A stretch of DNA of 60,040 nt from the NCBI GenBank assembly GCA_000993275.1, contig LBVV01000003.1, forward strand, positions 1-60,040. Direction: 5' to 3'. Under the pieces are notes generated by a model. That model was not told the origin of the DNA and searched no databases. It saw only the letters and a program-made list of their open reading frames with translations. Below, in pieces: positions 35,438 to 43,413 of this stretch. Within the stretch, counting starts at the first letter, position 1. Each line of letters opens with the position of its first letter. The position numbers were made by a program, and so were the translations under genes. This DNA is from a candidate division CPR2 bacterium GW2011_GWC2_39_10. GTDB taxonomy: Bacteria > Patescibacteriota > CPR2.

Positions 35438-35630
35438 ACTACAACCCTCCTATCATATTTAGAATACTAGAAAGCAATAAAGGTATCAAGTGGAATAGCG
35501 GAGATAAAAAAAATACTAATTTCTAATTGACCTAATTTCTAAATAATTTTTAATTTCTAATTATCAATTTTCATTGAATTTTCAATAACTAATTTTCAAT
35601 TGATTAATTGAGGATTTTGCACTAAATATT

Positions 35631-35736
35631 GTTCGACCTTGTGGAGAACTACATTAATGTAACTTCAGGGCTACGTTTCACGAAGTTTATTCTGAGCAAG
35701 GTCGAAGGGCTCGTCATACGACCCGTCTGGGAAGAG
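35631..35736 (-). repeat. Second copy (inverted) of the ~100-nt element core seen at 23998-24144
   Basis: The reverse complement reads CTCTTCCCAGACGGGTCGTATGACGAGCCCTTCGACCTTGCTCAGAATAAACTTCGTGAAACGTAGCCC...GTTCTCCACAAGGTCGAAC. Confidence 0.8.
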
Positions 35737-35896
35737 AAATACGAGGGTTTTTCGGACACAAGTGCGTAAGTCCTATAATTGAGGCATTGATAATTGGTTA
35801 AAAATTGTAAATTCAGGATTAATAATTTTTTTAAATTCGGCATTTTCAGTTTCCCGCCTATGAGGGAATGACATCAAAAAATTAAGGTTTCTTGAA

Positions 35897-35925
35897 TTGA
35901 ATTTTGTTCATTTTTGTGAGATAAT
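35897..35925 (+). promoter_or_regulatory. Sigma-70-like promoter of ychF, probably giving a leaderless or near-leaderless mRNA
   Basis: TTGAAT (35897-35902), a 17-nt spacer, then TGa-GATAAT (35917-35925). ATG 35933 follows 7 nt later with no Shine-Dalgarno sequence. Confidence 0.45.
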
Positions 35926-35932
35926 TTATGCC

Positions 35933-37099
35933 ATGAAATTATCTATTGGCATTGTTGGTCTTCCTAACGTTGGGAAGTCAACATTATTTAATGCCCTAAC
36001 TAAAAATCAAGTGGATGCCAAAAATTATCCGTTTTGCACAATCGACCCAAATGTGGGCATTGTTAGCGTTCCGGATGAACGGCTGTATCCTTTAGCTACA
36101 GCGGTTAAAACTGAAAAAATTATTCCGGCCATTGTGGAATTTACAGATATTGCCGGAATTGTTAAGAACGCTCATAAGGGTGAAGGCTTGGGAAATAAAT
36201 TTTTGTCACATATCCGAGAAGCGGATGCCATTTTGGAAGTAGTCAGGGTTTTTGAGGATTCCAATGTCCTTCACGTTGACGGAAATATCAATCCCACTTC
36301 CGATATAGAAACAATTGCCATGGAACTTATATTTGCCGACCTAGCCAATATGGAAAAGGCTATCCAAAGGACCGAAAAATTAGGTAAAACTGAACCTAAA
36401 GAAGCGGCTTTGCAAATGCCGGTGCTTAAAAAAGTTCAAAAGTGGTTGGAAGAAGGAAAACCCGCAAGGGCACTTTTAAACAACAAACATAATCGTCATT
36501 CTGAATTTAGTTCAGAATCTCATCTATCACGAGACCAGATCCTGAAACAAGTTCAGGATGACACTAAAAGCAACCTTTCTGAAAAAGAACTGGAAATTTT
36601 AAAACCTTTGAATTTGATAACTCTAAAGCCTCATATCTACGCTTTTAACGTTTCGGAAGCCGATTTGGTAAAACCAAAATTGCCGGAGATGAAGGAAGAT
36701 TATGTCGTCTTTTCAGCCAAGTTAGAACAAGACCTGCAAGATTTATCTGATCCGGAACAAAAAGAATATTTACAGGAACTTGGCATAGAGGATACCGGCC
36801 TTAACCGACTTGTTAAAAAAGCTTATGAAAATCTAGGGCTAATAACCTACTTTACGGCCGGCGAAAAAGAAGTCCGCGCATGGACCATAAAAAAAGGTTG
36901 GAGCGCTCCACAAGCCGCCGGAGAAATACATACAGATTTTGAAAAAGGCTTCATTTCGGCAGACGTTGTCAATTGGAAAAATTTAGTGGCATTTGGCTGG
37001 CAGGGCGCTAAAGAAAAAGGCAGAGTAAGAGCAGAAGGCAGAGACTATATTGTAAAAGACGGCGATGTCATGATTTTTAAATTTAACGTGAGCAAATAA
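35933..37099 (+). CDS. ychF: Ribosome-binding ATPase YchF
   Basis: MKLSIGIVGLPNVGKSTLFNALT G1 motif, DIAGIVKNAHKGEGLGN, and a C-terminal TGS-like GRDYIVKDGDVMIFKFNV. It carries an extra ~30-aa segment (see findings). Confidence 0.9.
   Translation: MKLSIGIVGLPNVGKSTLFNALTKNQVDAKNYPFCTIDPNVGIVSVPDERLYPLATAVKTEKIIPAIVEFTDIAGIVKNAHKGEGLGNKFLSHIREADAILEVVRVFEDSNVLHVDGNINPTSDIETIAMELIFADLANMEKAIQRTEKLGKTEPKEAALQMPVLKKVQKWLEEGKPARALLNNKHNRHSEFSSESHLSRDQILKQVQDDTKSNLSEKELEILKPLNLITLKPHIYAFNVSEADLVKPKLPEMKEDYVVFSAKLEQDLQDLSDPEQKEYLQELGIEDTGLNRLVKKAYENLGLITYFTAGEKEVRAWTIKKGWSAPQAAGEIHTDFEKGFISADVVNWKNLVAFGWQGAKEKGRVRAEGRDYIVKDGDVMIFKFNVSK
36495..36562 (+). repeat. Hairpin doublet inserted in frame within ychF
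   Basis: GTCATTCTGAATTTAGTTCAGAATC (36495-36519), a 18-nt spacer, then GATCCTGAAACAAGTTCAGGATGAC (36538-36562). It is translated as RHSEFSSESHLSRDQILKQVQDD. Confidence 0.85.
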
Positions 37100-37101
37100 T
37101 T

Positions 37102-37587
37102 ATGGACAACAGCAAAAAAATTTACGAAACTGAAAACTTTATTGTCGAAGCCCACGGGAAGCCTTTTATTACCAGAACCGAAGGCGGGCATATCAGGATT
37201 CGGATAAAAGACCTATCAATTACCGATAGAACCAAAATTGAACCTAAAGTGGCAATCGAGCTTGCGAGACTAACCATGATTGTTGGCAAGGCTTTTGAAA
37301 TTGCCATGAACAATAGGGGCATTGAAGTTGTTAAGATTAATTACCAAGACATGGGGAATTGGGCCTACAAAAAGAACGAGCTCCCCTATCTGCACATCCA
37401 TGTTTTTGGAAGAGCAAAAAACTCTCTTAAGCAACCATTTCCCGAATCAGTTTATCTACCTGATCGCAAAACCGGTTTTTATGACAATTTTGAATCTTTA
37501 AACGATGAAGACATCACCGAAATCCAAAAGCAAATCGGTATTGTTGAAAGGGAAGATAAATACAATGTCGAAAACTGGCACCTTTAA
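37102..37587 (+). CDS. HIT-like fold protein (degenerate histidine triad)
   Basis: N-terminal YETENFIVEAHGKPF and LPYLHIHVFGR resemble the HIT layout, but only two His residues of the triad are present. Confidence 0.4.
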   Translation: MDNSKKIYETENFIVEAHGKPFITRTEGGHIRIRIKDLSITDRTKIEPKVAIELARLTMIVGKAFEIAMNNRGIEVVKINYQDMGNWAYKKNELPYLHIHVFGRAKNSLKQPFPESVYLPDRKTGFYDNFESLNDEDITEIQKQIGIVEREDKYNVENWHL

Positions 37588-37732
37588 ATAAATCACCCCT
37601 CAGCAAGCTGACAATATATCAAATCGGTACAAATTCTATTTTACACAGCAAGGCTGCGAGGAACAGACCCGCAGTGATTAAACTTCTTTAATCATAAAAA
37701 AAACCTAAATATTAAACAAATACCACACGATC

Positions 37733-38326
37733 GTGGAAATAGTGTTTACTTTATTTGGGGGTGGTTTGTATAATAGGGGGGTGAGAAATAAACCTCAAAA
37801 ATCGTTGATTGATTATATTTTATCTTCTTTAATCCCTTTTACGAAGGAAAATTTGGTATTAGCCACTAACCCGCGTAAGTTTTTTTGGGAAATTGACAGA
37901 ATTCAAAGAGAGTATTCTACATCCAAAGAAACGGTTCATAGCACAATAAGCCGAGCTAAAAGAGAAGGATATTTAAAAGAAGTGGAACTAAACCAGCAAA
38001 AAACATTCAGTTTGACGCCCAAGGGGAAACTAAAAATTGCTGAATACCTAAGCGCCGAAAACTCCAAAGCTTGGGATGGAAAATGGCGAATATTATTATT
38101 TGATATTCCGGAAAAAGATCGCTATAAAAGAGACGTATTAAGGCATAAGATTAAAGAACTAGGCTTTAAACAGCATCAGCTAAGTGCTTGGATATGCCCT
38201 TTTGATTATACGGAAGAATTAGAGTATCTTGTTAACAAATTAGATCTAGAGCAACACGTTCAATATTTCATTGGCGATTCAATAAAAGGCGAGGATGATC
38301 TCAGGAAAAAATTTTCTCTCCACTAG
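37733..38326 (+). CDS. PaaX-like regulator (wHTH plus Cas2-like central domain)
   Basis: WDGKWRILLFDIPEKDRYKRDVLRHKIKELGFKQHQLSAWICP pattern typical of PaaX-family central domains. GTG start. Confidence 0.5.
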   Translation: MEIVFTLFGGGLYNRGVRNKPQKSLIDYILSSLIPFTKENLVLATNPRKFFWEIDRIQREYSTSKETVHSTISRAKREGYLKEVELNQQKTFSLTPKGKLKIAEYLSAENSKAWDGKWRILLFDIPEKDRYKRDVLRHKIKELGFKQHQLSAWICPFDYTEELEYLVNKLDLEQHVQYFIGDSIKGEDDLRKKFSLH

Positions 38327-38371
38327 CCCCCAGAACTAGACCACCCAAAATATCGATACATCTTTTTAAAA

Positions 38372-38504
38372 CTGGACTTACGCAAAATAACGCATCTATC
38401 CAAATCAAAACCAAGAGCGTATTTGTAGATACTTGGGGAGGAGAAAAAGGGATTTTATCCGCTTGGGGTGGTTTGGGAGGTGTGGTAGGTTTGCGTAAGT
38501 CCAG
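38372..38504. repeat. 133-nt unit closed by a perfect 15-bp inverted repeat
   Basis: CTGGACTTACGCAAA (38372-38386) with TTTGCGTAAGTCCAG (38490-38504). The interior is G-rich, and no ORF of 60 aa or more is credible. Confidence 0.7.
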
Positions 38505-38628
38505 TAAAGAGGTGCGTTGTTTTGTTTAGTCGTGAAAATTTTCCGGCGGCTTGCTTTGTGGATTTTTTGGTTGGAAAGATATATATTATGCACCACAATT
38601 TATGTTCAATTGCTTAATTTGGTAATTC

Positions 38629-39048
38629 TTATGGAAAAAGTTCTCTTAAACTTTTTGGAAGAGATAGTTCTATGTCTTCCATTTCCCCTTCGCTAATATG
38701 CTCGCTTAAAGCCTGCAAAACCACCCGCACAATAGTTTCTGCCTGAACTTCACCAAAATCGTACTCATTATGGACACGATCTATAAAATCCTGTTTTTTC
38801 ATTTTTATGGGCACCTTGGCGGGATTCCAACCCTCATAATAGACGCCCCTTATTACAATTGGAAACTGCGCCCCTAACTGGACGGCTTCATTAATGGGCA
38901 AGCGGTCTCTTAAGGCATGCAGAACCACTTTTAATGCGGCATAAGATTTTTCATGTTCTAATCGCCAATTAAGTTCATCGGCTATTGCCATCAATACTTT
39001 CTGAGTTTTTTGAAGGCTTTTGTTTAAAGTTGAATAAGATAAATCCAT
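38629..39048 (-). CDS. DUF2267-family protein
   Basis: ALKVVLHALRDRLPINEAVQLGAQFPIVIRGVYYEGWNP pattern. Confidence 0.6.
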   Translation of the reverse strand: MDLSYSTLNKSLQKTQKVLMAIADELNWRLEHEKSYAALKVVLHALRDRLPINEAVQLGAQFPIVIRGVYYEGWNPAKVPIKMKKQDFIDRVHNEYDFGEVQAETIVRVVLQALSEHISEGEMEDIELSLPKSLRELFP

Positions 39049-39232
39049 ATCTCCCCCTTTTTACTTAAGATTACCAAATTGAAAGAAAAATTAATTATCG
39101 GATATCCTAAATAAAAACGCTTTCCCTGGTTTAATTTTCAACTCTTTTGGTAAGCTTAAACCAATAATTTTGTCGTTTTGAACATTAAAAAAGGCAATAA
39201 CCTTATAGCGGGTTATTGCCTTTGGAGAAAAA

Positions 39233-39676
39233 TCAATCTTTATTTGCGTATTTTCGGACGCATTCCAACACAAGCGAACGCTTCTGGTTATCTGCAAGTT
39301 GATTAATAGCTTTCACGCTAGACACGTATTCCCTGGCCACGCCGTTTACTGTCTCATAAAACGGAAAGACATTTATCAGACCAGTTATTCTGAAAATTTT
39401 CAGAATATTTTCTTGTGCGTCTAGTATTCCAAGCATACCTTTGTAATTTTTAACCCTTTTAAAGCCGCCAACCATGACCCCAAGACCGGAAGCATCGATA
39501 AATTCAACGTTTTTCAGGTCTAATATGATGTTGTATTTGCCTTCATCGCAAAGATCCATGAATCGGCTTTTTAGCTTTGGCGCCATGTAATTTTCAACGC
39601 ATCCATCTAAGGTTAAAAATGATACTTCTTCCCCTGCGAAATCAAAACTTGATGTGTCGATTTTTAAATCTGGCAC
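39233..39676 (-). CDS. STAS-domain protein (anti-sigma-factor antagonist-like)
   Basis: NIILDLKNVEFIDASGLGVMVG ... ENILKIFRITGLINVFPFY, with a ~35-aa C-terminal extension. Confidence 0.7.
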   Translation of the reverse strand: MPDLKIDTSSFDFAGEEVSFLTLDGCVENYMAPKLKSRFMDLCDEGKYNIILDLKNVEFIDASGLGVMVGGFKRVKNYKGMLGILDAQENILKIFRITGLINVFPFYETVNGVAREYVSSVKAINQLADNQKRSLVLECVRKYANKD

Positions 39677-39766
39677 TTAAATCACCTCCCATGCTATATA
39701 TTTTTAAGTTGCACGTTTCTCAGGATTTTCAATTGTACCACGTATATGGCTTTAGCCCAACATTTT

Positions 39767-40495
39767 TTATTTAAAATAAATCAAAAATTCTTTATTGCCT
39801 TTGGCGCCTTCAATTGGGGATTCCGCTTGACCTAAAACTTCAAACCCTTGGCTTTGTGTAAAAGTTACAATATCATTTAGCGCATCTGTTCTAATTTTTT
39901 GATCAGTTATGACGCCCTTGTAACGATCGGCAATTTCTTTTCCGACTTCAAATTGAGGCTTTACCAAGCAAATAATATCCGCTTTTTGAGTTTGATCTTG
40001 AATAATACTTTTGATATGAGGAATGATTTTTTTTAGGGAAATAAACGAAACATCGCAAACAAAAATATCAATTTTTTCCGGTAAATTTTGTACGTCTAGA
40101 AAATGAGTACGTTCCATATTAATAACCCTCATGTCCTGCCTTAATTTATGTGCCAGCTGACCGTAACCAACATCGATAGCGTAAACCTTTTTAGCGCCAT
40201 TTTTTAAAACAAAATCCGTAAAGCCACCGGTAGACGCACCAATGTCACAAACAATTTTATCCTGAAAATCCAAATTGAACTCTTGAAAAGCTTTCTCTAA
40301 CTTTAAAGCTCCTCTCGAAACATAAGGAAATGCCTCTTTTACCCAAACATTAGCCTCGACGTCAACCTGTTCCGCCGGTTTTTGAACTTGTTGTTCGTCA
40401 ATATAAACCTGGCCGGCCATAACCAGCCGCTTAGCCCTTTCCCTGGAATCAGCAAGTTCTTTTTCCACCAATATTTCATCAATTCGTTTTTTCAT
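39767..40495 (-). CDS. tlyA: TlyA-family rRNA 2'-O-methyltransferase
   Basis: S4-like N-terminus (RIDEILVEKELADSRERAKRLV) plus FtsJ-type motif CDIGASTGGFTD. The likely start is ATG 40495. Confidence 0.85.
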   Translation of the reverse strand: MKKRIDEILVEKELADSRERAKRLVMAGQVYIDEQQVQKPAEQVDVEANVWVKEAFPYVSRGALKLEKAFQEFNLDFQDKIVCDIGASTGGFTDFVLKNGAKKVYAIDVGYGQLAHKLRQDMRVINMERTHFLDVQNLPEKIDIFVCDVSFISLKKIIPHIKSIIQDQTQKADIICLVKPQFEVGKEIADRYKGVITDQKIRTDALNDIVTFTQSQGFEVLGQAESPIEGAKGNKEFLIYFK

Positions 40496-40616
40496 CGAAA
40501 GTCCTTTCATTATTTTCTAGATTCCCGCCTCCGCGGGAATGACAAGAGAAGAATGTTCCATCAATTTTTTTTCATAGTTTAAGAATAGCAGAAAAACTTT
40601 TTATATAACAGCAGCT

Positions 40617-40974
40617 GTCATCCTGAATTTATTTCAGGATCTACAAAATCCTCTATAATAAGGTCATGCGAAGCTATGTTTATATTTTGTCTAACAAAAA
40701 AGAAGGTGTTTTGTATATTGGAGTTACTTCAAATTTAATTAAAAGAATATATGAACATAAACAAGGATTTGTTGATGGGTTTTCAAAGAAATACAACACC
40801 AAAGATTTGGTTTATTATGAAACATTCGATGATATTGAAAATGCAATATTGAGAGAAAAGAAATTAAAAAATTGGCATCGTCAGTGGAAATTAAATTTAA
40901 TTAATGATTTTAATCCTAGCTGGATTGACCTATATAACTCTCTACTATAGATCCTGAACTAAATTCAGGATGAC
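40617..40974 (+). mobile_element. Candidate minimal cassette: GIY-YIG ORF bracketed by inverted 25-nt hairpin repeats
   Basis: GTCATCCTGAATTTATTTCAGGATC (40617-40641) and GATCCTGAACTAAATTCAGGATGAC (40950-40974) are reverse complements of each other apart from one loop base. Confidence 0.5.
40666..40950 (+). CDS. Minimal GIY-YIG nuclease-domain protein (UPF0213-like, 94 aa)
   Basis: YVYILSNKKEGVLYIGVTSNLIKRIYEHK ... REKKLKNW signature. Confidence 0.85.
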   Translation: MRSYVYILSNKKEGVLYIGVTSNLIKRIYEHKQGFVDGFSKKYNTKDLVYYETFDDIENAILREKKLKNWHRQWKLNLINDFNPSWIDLYNSLL

Positions 40975-41135
40975 GAGTTGGGGGGGTTTTGAATTACTGA
41001 ACAGGAATTATTATATCCCAAATTAAAGAGAATCAGGCTTAAAAACAAACTAATGAATCTCCCCTAGGTAAGCTGGCGGGAAATTAACCCACAACTGAAA
41101 GATTAAAACAACTTATTCATTCATTTGGCCTAACA

Positions 41136-41162
41136 TCAAAAAGAGCTAAATGCTCTTTTTTG
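41136..41162. terminator. Bidirectional terminator downstream of efp
   Basis: AAAAAGAGC-TAAAT-GCTCTTTTTT. Confidence 0.65.
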
Positions 41163-41208
41163 ATCAATCTATAAACCAATCAACCTATCAGTCCACTAAA
41201 CTAACAAC

Positions 41209-41769
41209 CTACTTAACTCTCTCCACGTAACTCCCCGTTCGAGTGTCGATGCGGATTTTGTCGCCTTGATTTATAAATAAGGGGACATTTAGAACCTGTC
41301 CGGTTTCGATGGTAACCGGCTTTGAAGCAGAAGTGGCCGTATCGCCCTTCACTCCTTTTTCAGCCAGAATTACCTCAAAATCCATTTTAATTGGCAGCTG
41401 AACGTTAATGGGACTGTCTTTAAAATAAGAAACGTCAACGAACTCGCCTTCTTTTAAATAATTGACATCTGTTCCTAAGTCTTCGATAGATAGCGTAAAC
41501 TGATTATAGCTTTGGTTATCCATAAAATGATATCCTTCTTCATCTGCATACGTAAACTGGGCGCTTCTTCTTTCCAATCTTGCCGGTTGAATTTTTTCGC
41601 CGCCTTTAAAACTGGTTTCGTAGGAAGAACCAGTGAGCAAGTTTTTAAGTTTTGCCTTTAAAACCGCTCCGCCTCGTCCCATTTTTATATGCTGATAGCT
41701 CAAAACAACGTGAGGAGCACCGTCTATTTCTATTGTAACGCCGGTTTTTAAATCGTTAATACCATACAT
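41209..41769 (-). CDS. efp: Elongation factor P
   Basis: 186 aa, with HIKMGRGGAVLKAKLKNLLTG and the EF-P OB-domain layout. Confidence 0.9.
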   Translation of the reverse strand: MYGINDLKTGVTIEIDGAPHVVLSYQHIKMGRGGAVLKAKLKNLLTGSSYETSFKGGEKIQPARLERRSAQFTYADEEGYHFMDNQSYNQFTLSIEDLGTDVNYLKEGEFVDVSYFKDSPINVQLPIKMDFEVILAEKGVKGDTATSASKPVTIETGQVLNVPLFINQGDKIRIDTRTGSYVERVK

Positions 41770-41778
41770 AAGTTAAAC

Positions 41779-41997
41779 TTACCTCGTAGTAAATGGTAGC
41801 ATTGCCATCATGCGAGCACGCTTTAAGGCGTTAGCCAGCTTTCGCTGATGTCTCGGACAAGTACCGGACATTTTTCTTGATTCAATTTTTCCGTAATTGG
41901 TTTGATACTTTTGTAGCATTTTGACGTCTTTATAATCGATTGTTTCAATTTTATCAGCACAAAAGCGACAATTTTTCTTTGGTATATAATTTGCCAT
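41779..41997 (-). CDS. rpsR: 30S ribosomal protein S18
   Basis: [16 protein letters not shown]...[27 protein letters not shown]-type sequence. AAGGAG precedes ATG 41997. Confidence 0.9.
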   Translation of the reverse strand: MANYIPKKNCRFCADKIETIDYKDVKMLQKYQTNYGKIESRKMSGTCPRHQRKLANALKRARMMAMLPFTTR

Positions 41998-42123
41998 TAA
42001 GGCTCCTTTCAGTCGCCAACAAGCAATTAACAATTAGCAATAAACAGTATTGTTAATCTTTTAAGCTATGTACTAATTTGTTAATTGTTCCTTGTTTGTT
42101 GTTTATTGTTTATTGTTTATTGA

Positions 42124-42549
42124 TTAAAACGGTATGTCGTCGATGTTAATTTCTTCTTCGGTAACGGCTTCAGCAATCTTCTTATCGACTTCTTTAGTAG
42201 TTTGCGGGCCACCTTCTTTAGGCCTATCAACAAAGTTAATATCTGTTGCAACGATCTCGGTTTTTTGTCTTTTAGAACCATCCTGAGCTTCCCATGATCT
42301 TGTTTGAAGTCGCCCGACAACCAATACTTTTCTGCCTTTTGTCAAAAATTGAGAAGATAGTTCAGCCATCTTGCCCCAAATTACAATGTCATGATATTCA
42401 ACTGCGTCTTTTCTTTCGCCTGTTCCGTCTACCCAAGATCGATTTGTTGCCACAGACACAGATGAAACTGGCTGGCCGCCTGGAGTATATCTAAGTTCCG
42501 GGTCTCTGGTTAAATTACCTAGTAATATTACCTGTTGAAAATCTCTCAT
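42124..42549 (-). CDS. ssb: Single-stranded DNA-binding protein
   Basis: OB-fold N-terminus (ILLGNLTRDPELRYTPGG) and an acidic tip ending DDIPF. Confidence 0.9.
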   Translation of the reverse strand: MRDFQQVILLGNLTRDPELRYTPGGQPVSSVSVATNRSWVDGTGERKDAVEYHDIVIWGKMAELSSQFLTKGRKVLVVGRLQTRSWEAQDGSKRQKTEIVATDINFVDRPKEGGPQTTKEVDKKIAEAVTEEEINIDDIPF

Positions 42550-42612
42550 TTTGCTCTCCTTTGGGTTAGTTAACTAGCTATTAACTGATTAACTATCTTC
42601 CTTTTCTTTAAT

Positions 42613-43191
42613 TTATTTTTGCTCTTCCCCTAATATTTTCTTTAATTTTTCGTCTAATTCTTCAAGACGCTCTTCTTCTGACTTCTGTTTGTCTTCCTTC
42701 TTTTTAGCGGCTTTTTTTAGTTTTTCTTCCTTTTCTTCCTTTTTTTCAACAACCGCTTCCTTTTCTTTTTCCCCTTCTACTTCTTCCGTAACTTCTTTTT
42801 CCTCTTCTTTATTTTCCTCAATTTCTGCCGACTCTTCAACCTTAACTTTTTCTTTCCTTACTTTTTTGGCTTCCTTCGCCGCATCATCTGACTTTTCAGT
42901 TGATTTGACAGCGCTTTCTTGATTTACCACAATAAACCGAATTACTTCTTCGGTTCGTTGCAGCAGCTTTTCCAAATCCTGCACAGCTTTTGGCTCGATT
43001 TCTATGTTTGTAATGACATAGATGCCAAAATTTTGCTTTCTAATTGGATAGGCCAATTTCCTTTTGCCCCAGACATCTTCTTTTAAAATTTTGCCGTGAG
43101 CATTAATAAGCTTATTAATTTTATCCGTTACTTTATCTAGAGTGTTCTCTAGATCCGGATGAATAATATAAGCTAGTTCGTATTTCCGCAT
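42613..43191 (-). CDS. rpsF: 30S ribosomal protein S6 with a long Glu/Lys-rich C-terminal extension
   Basis: MRKYELAYIIHPDLE start with GGAAGGAG upstream. About 100 aa of S6 core are followed by ~90 aa of E/K-rich tail. Confidence 0.85.
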   Translation of the reverse strand: MRKYELAYIIHPDLENTLDKVTDKINKLINAHGKILKEDVWGKRKLAYPIRKQNFGIYVITNIEIEPKAVQDLEKLLQRTEEVIRFIVVNQESAVKSTEKSDDAAKEAKKVRKEKVKVEESAEIEENKEEEKEVTEEVEGEKEKEAVVEKKEEKEEKLKKAAKKKEDKQKSEEERLEELDEKLKKILGEEQK

Positions 43192-43413
43192 TAAAAAACT
43201 CCTTCCCGCGGACCCGTCATCCTTTAGAATGCCGAGGGCCCTCCGATGGTCATCGAAGAGCAAAAAGGTTAATTGATATAATTTATAAAATTTACTTAGG
43301 AAAAATTATACCTTAACTTTCTAAAAAAGTCAATCTGAAGTTCTAGAATTCAATTTAGATAAATTTACCCGAAAGACAGTTGACGTTAGCAAGGTGTGAT
43401 TTATAATATAGAC

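Noticed and set aside
39091-39297. A 68-aa ORF overlapping the 3' end of the STAS gene.
   Set aside because: It overlaps a better-supported gene by 65 nt and has no RBS or recognisable motif. A frameshifted remnant is possible but cannot be supported.
39387-39406. A perfect 20-nt palindrome, ATTCTGAAAATTTTCAGAAT, inside the STAS gene. Its arms are identical to ychF hairpin 1.
   Set aside because: It encodes the conserved STAS segment ENILKIFRITG, lacks the GTCAT/ATGAC termini, and causes no length anomaly. It is most likely coincidental.
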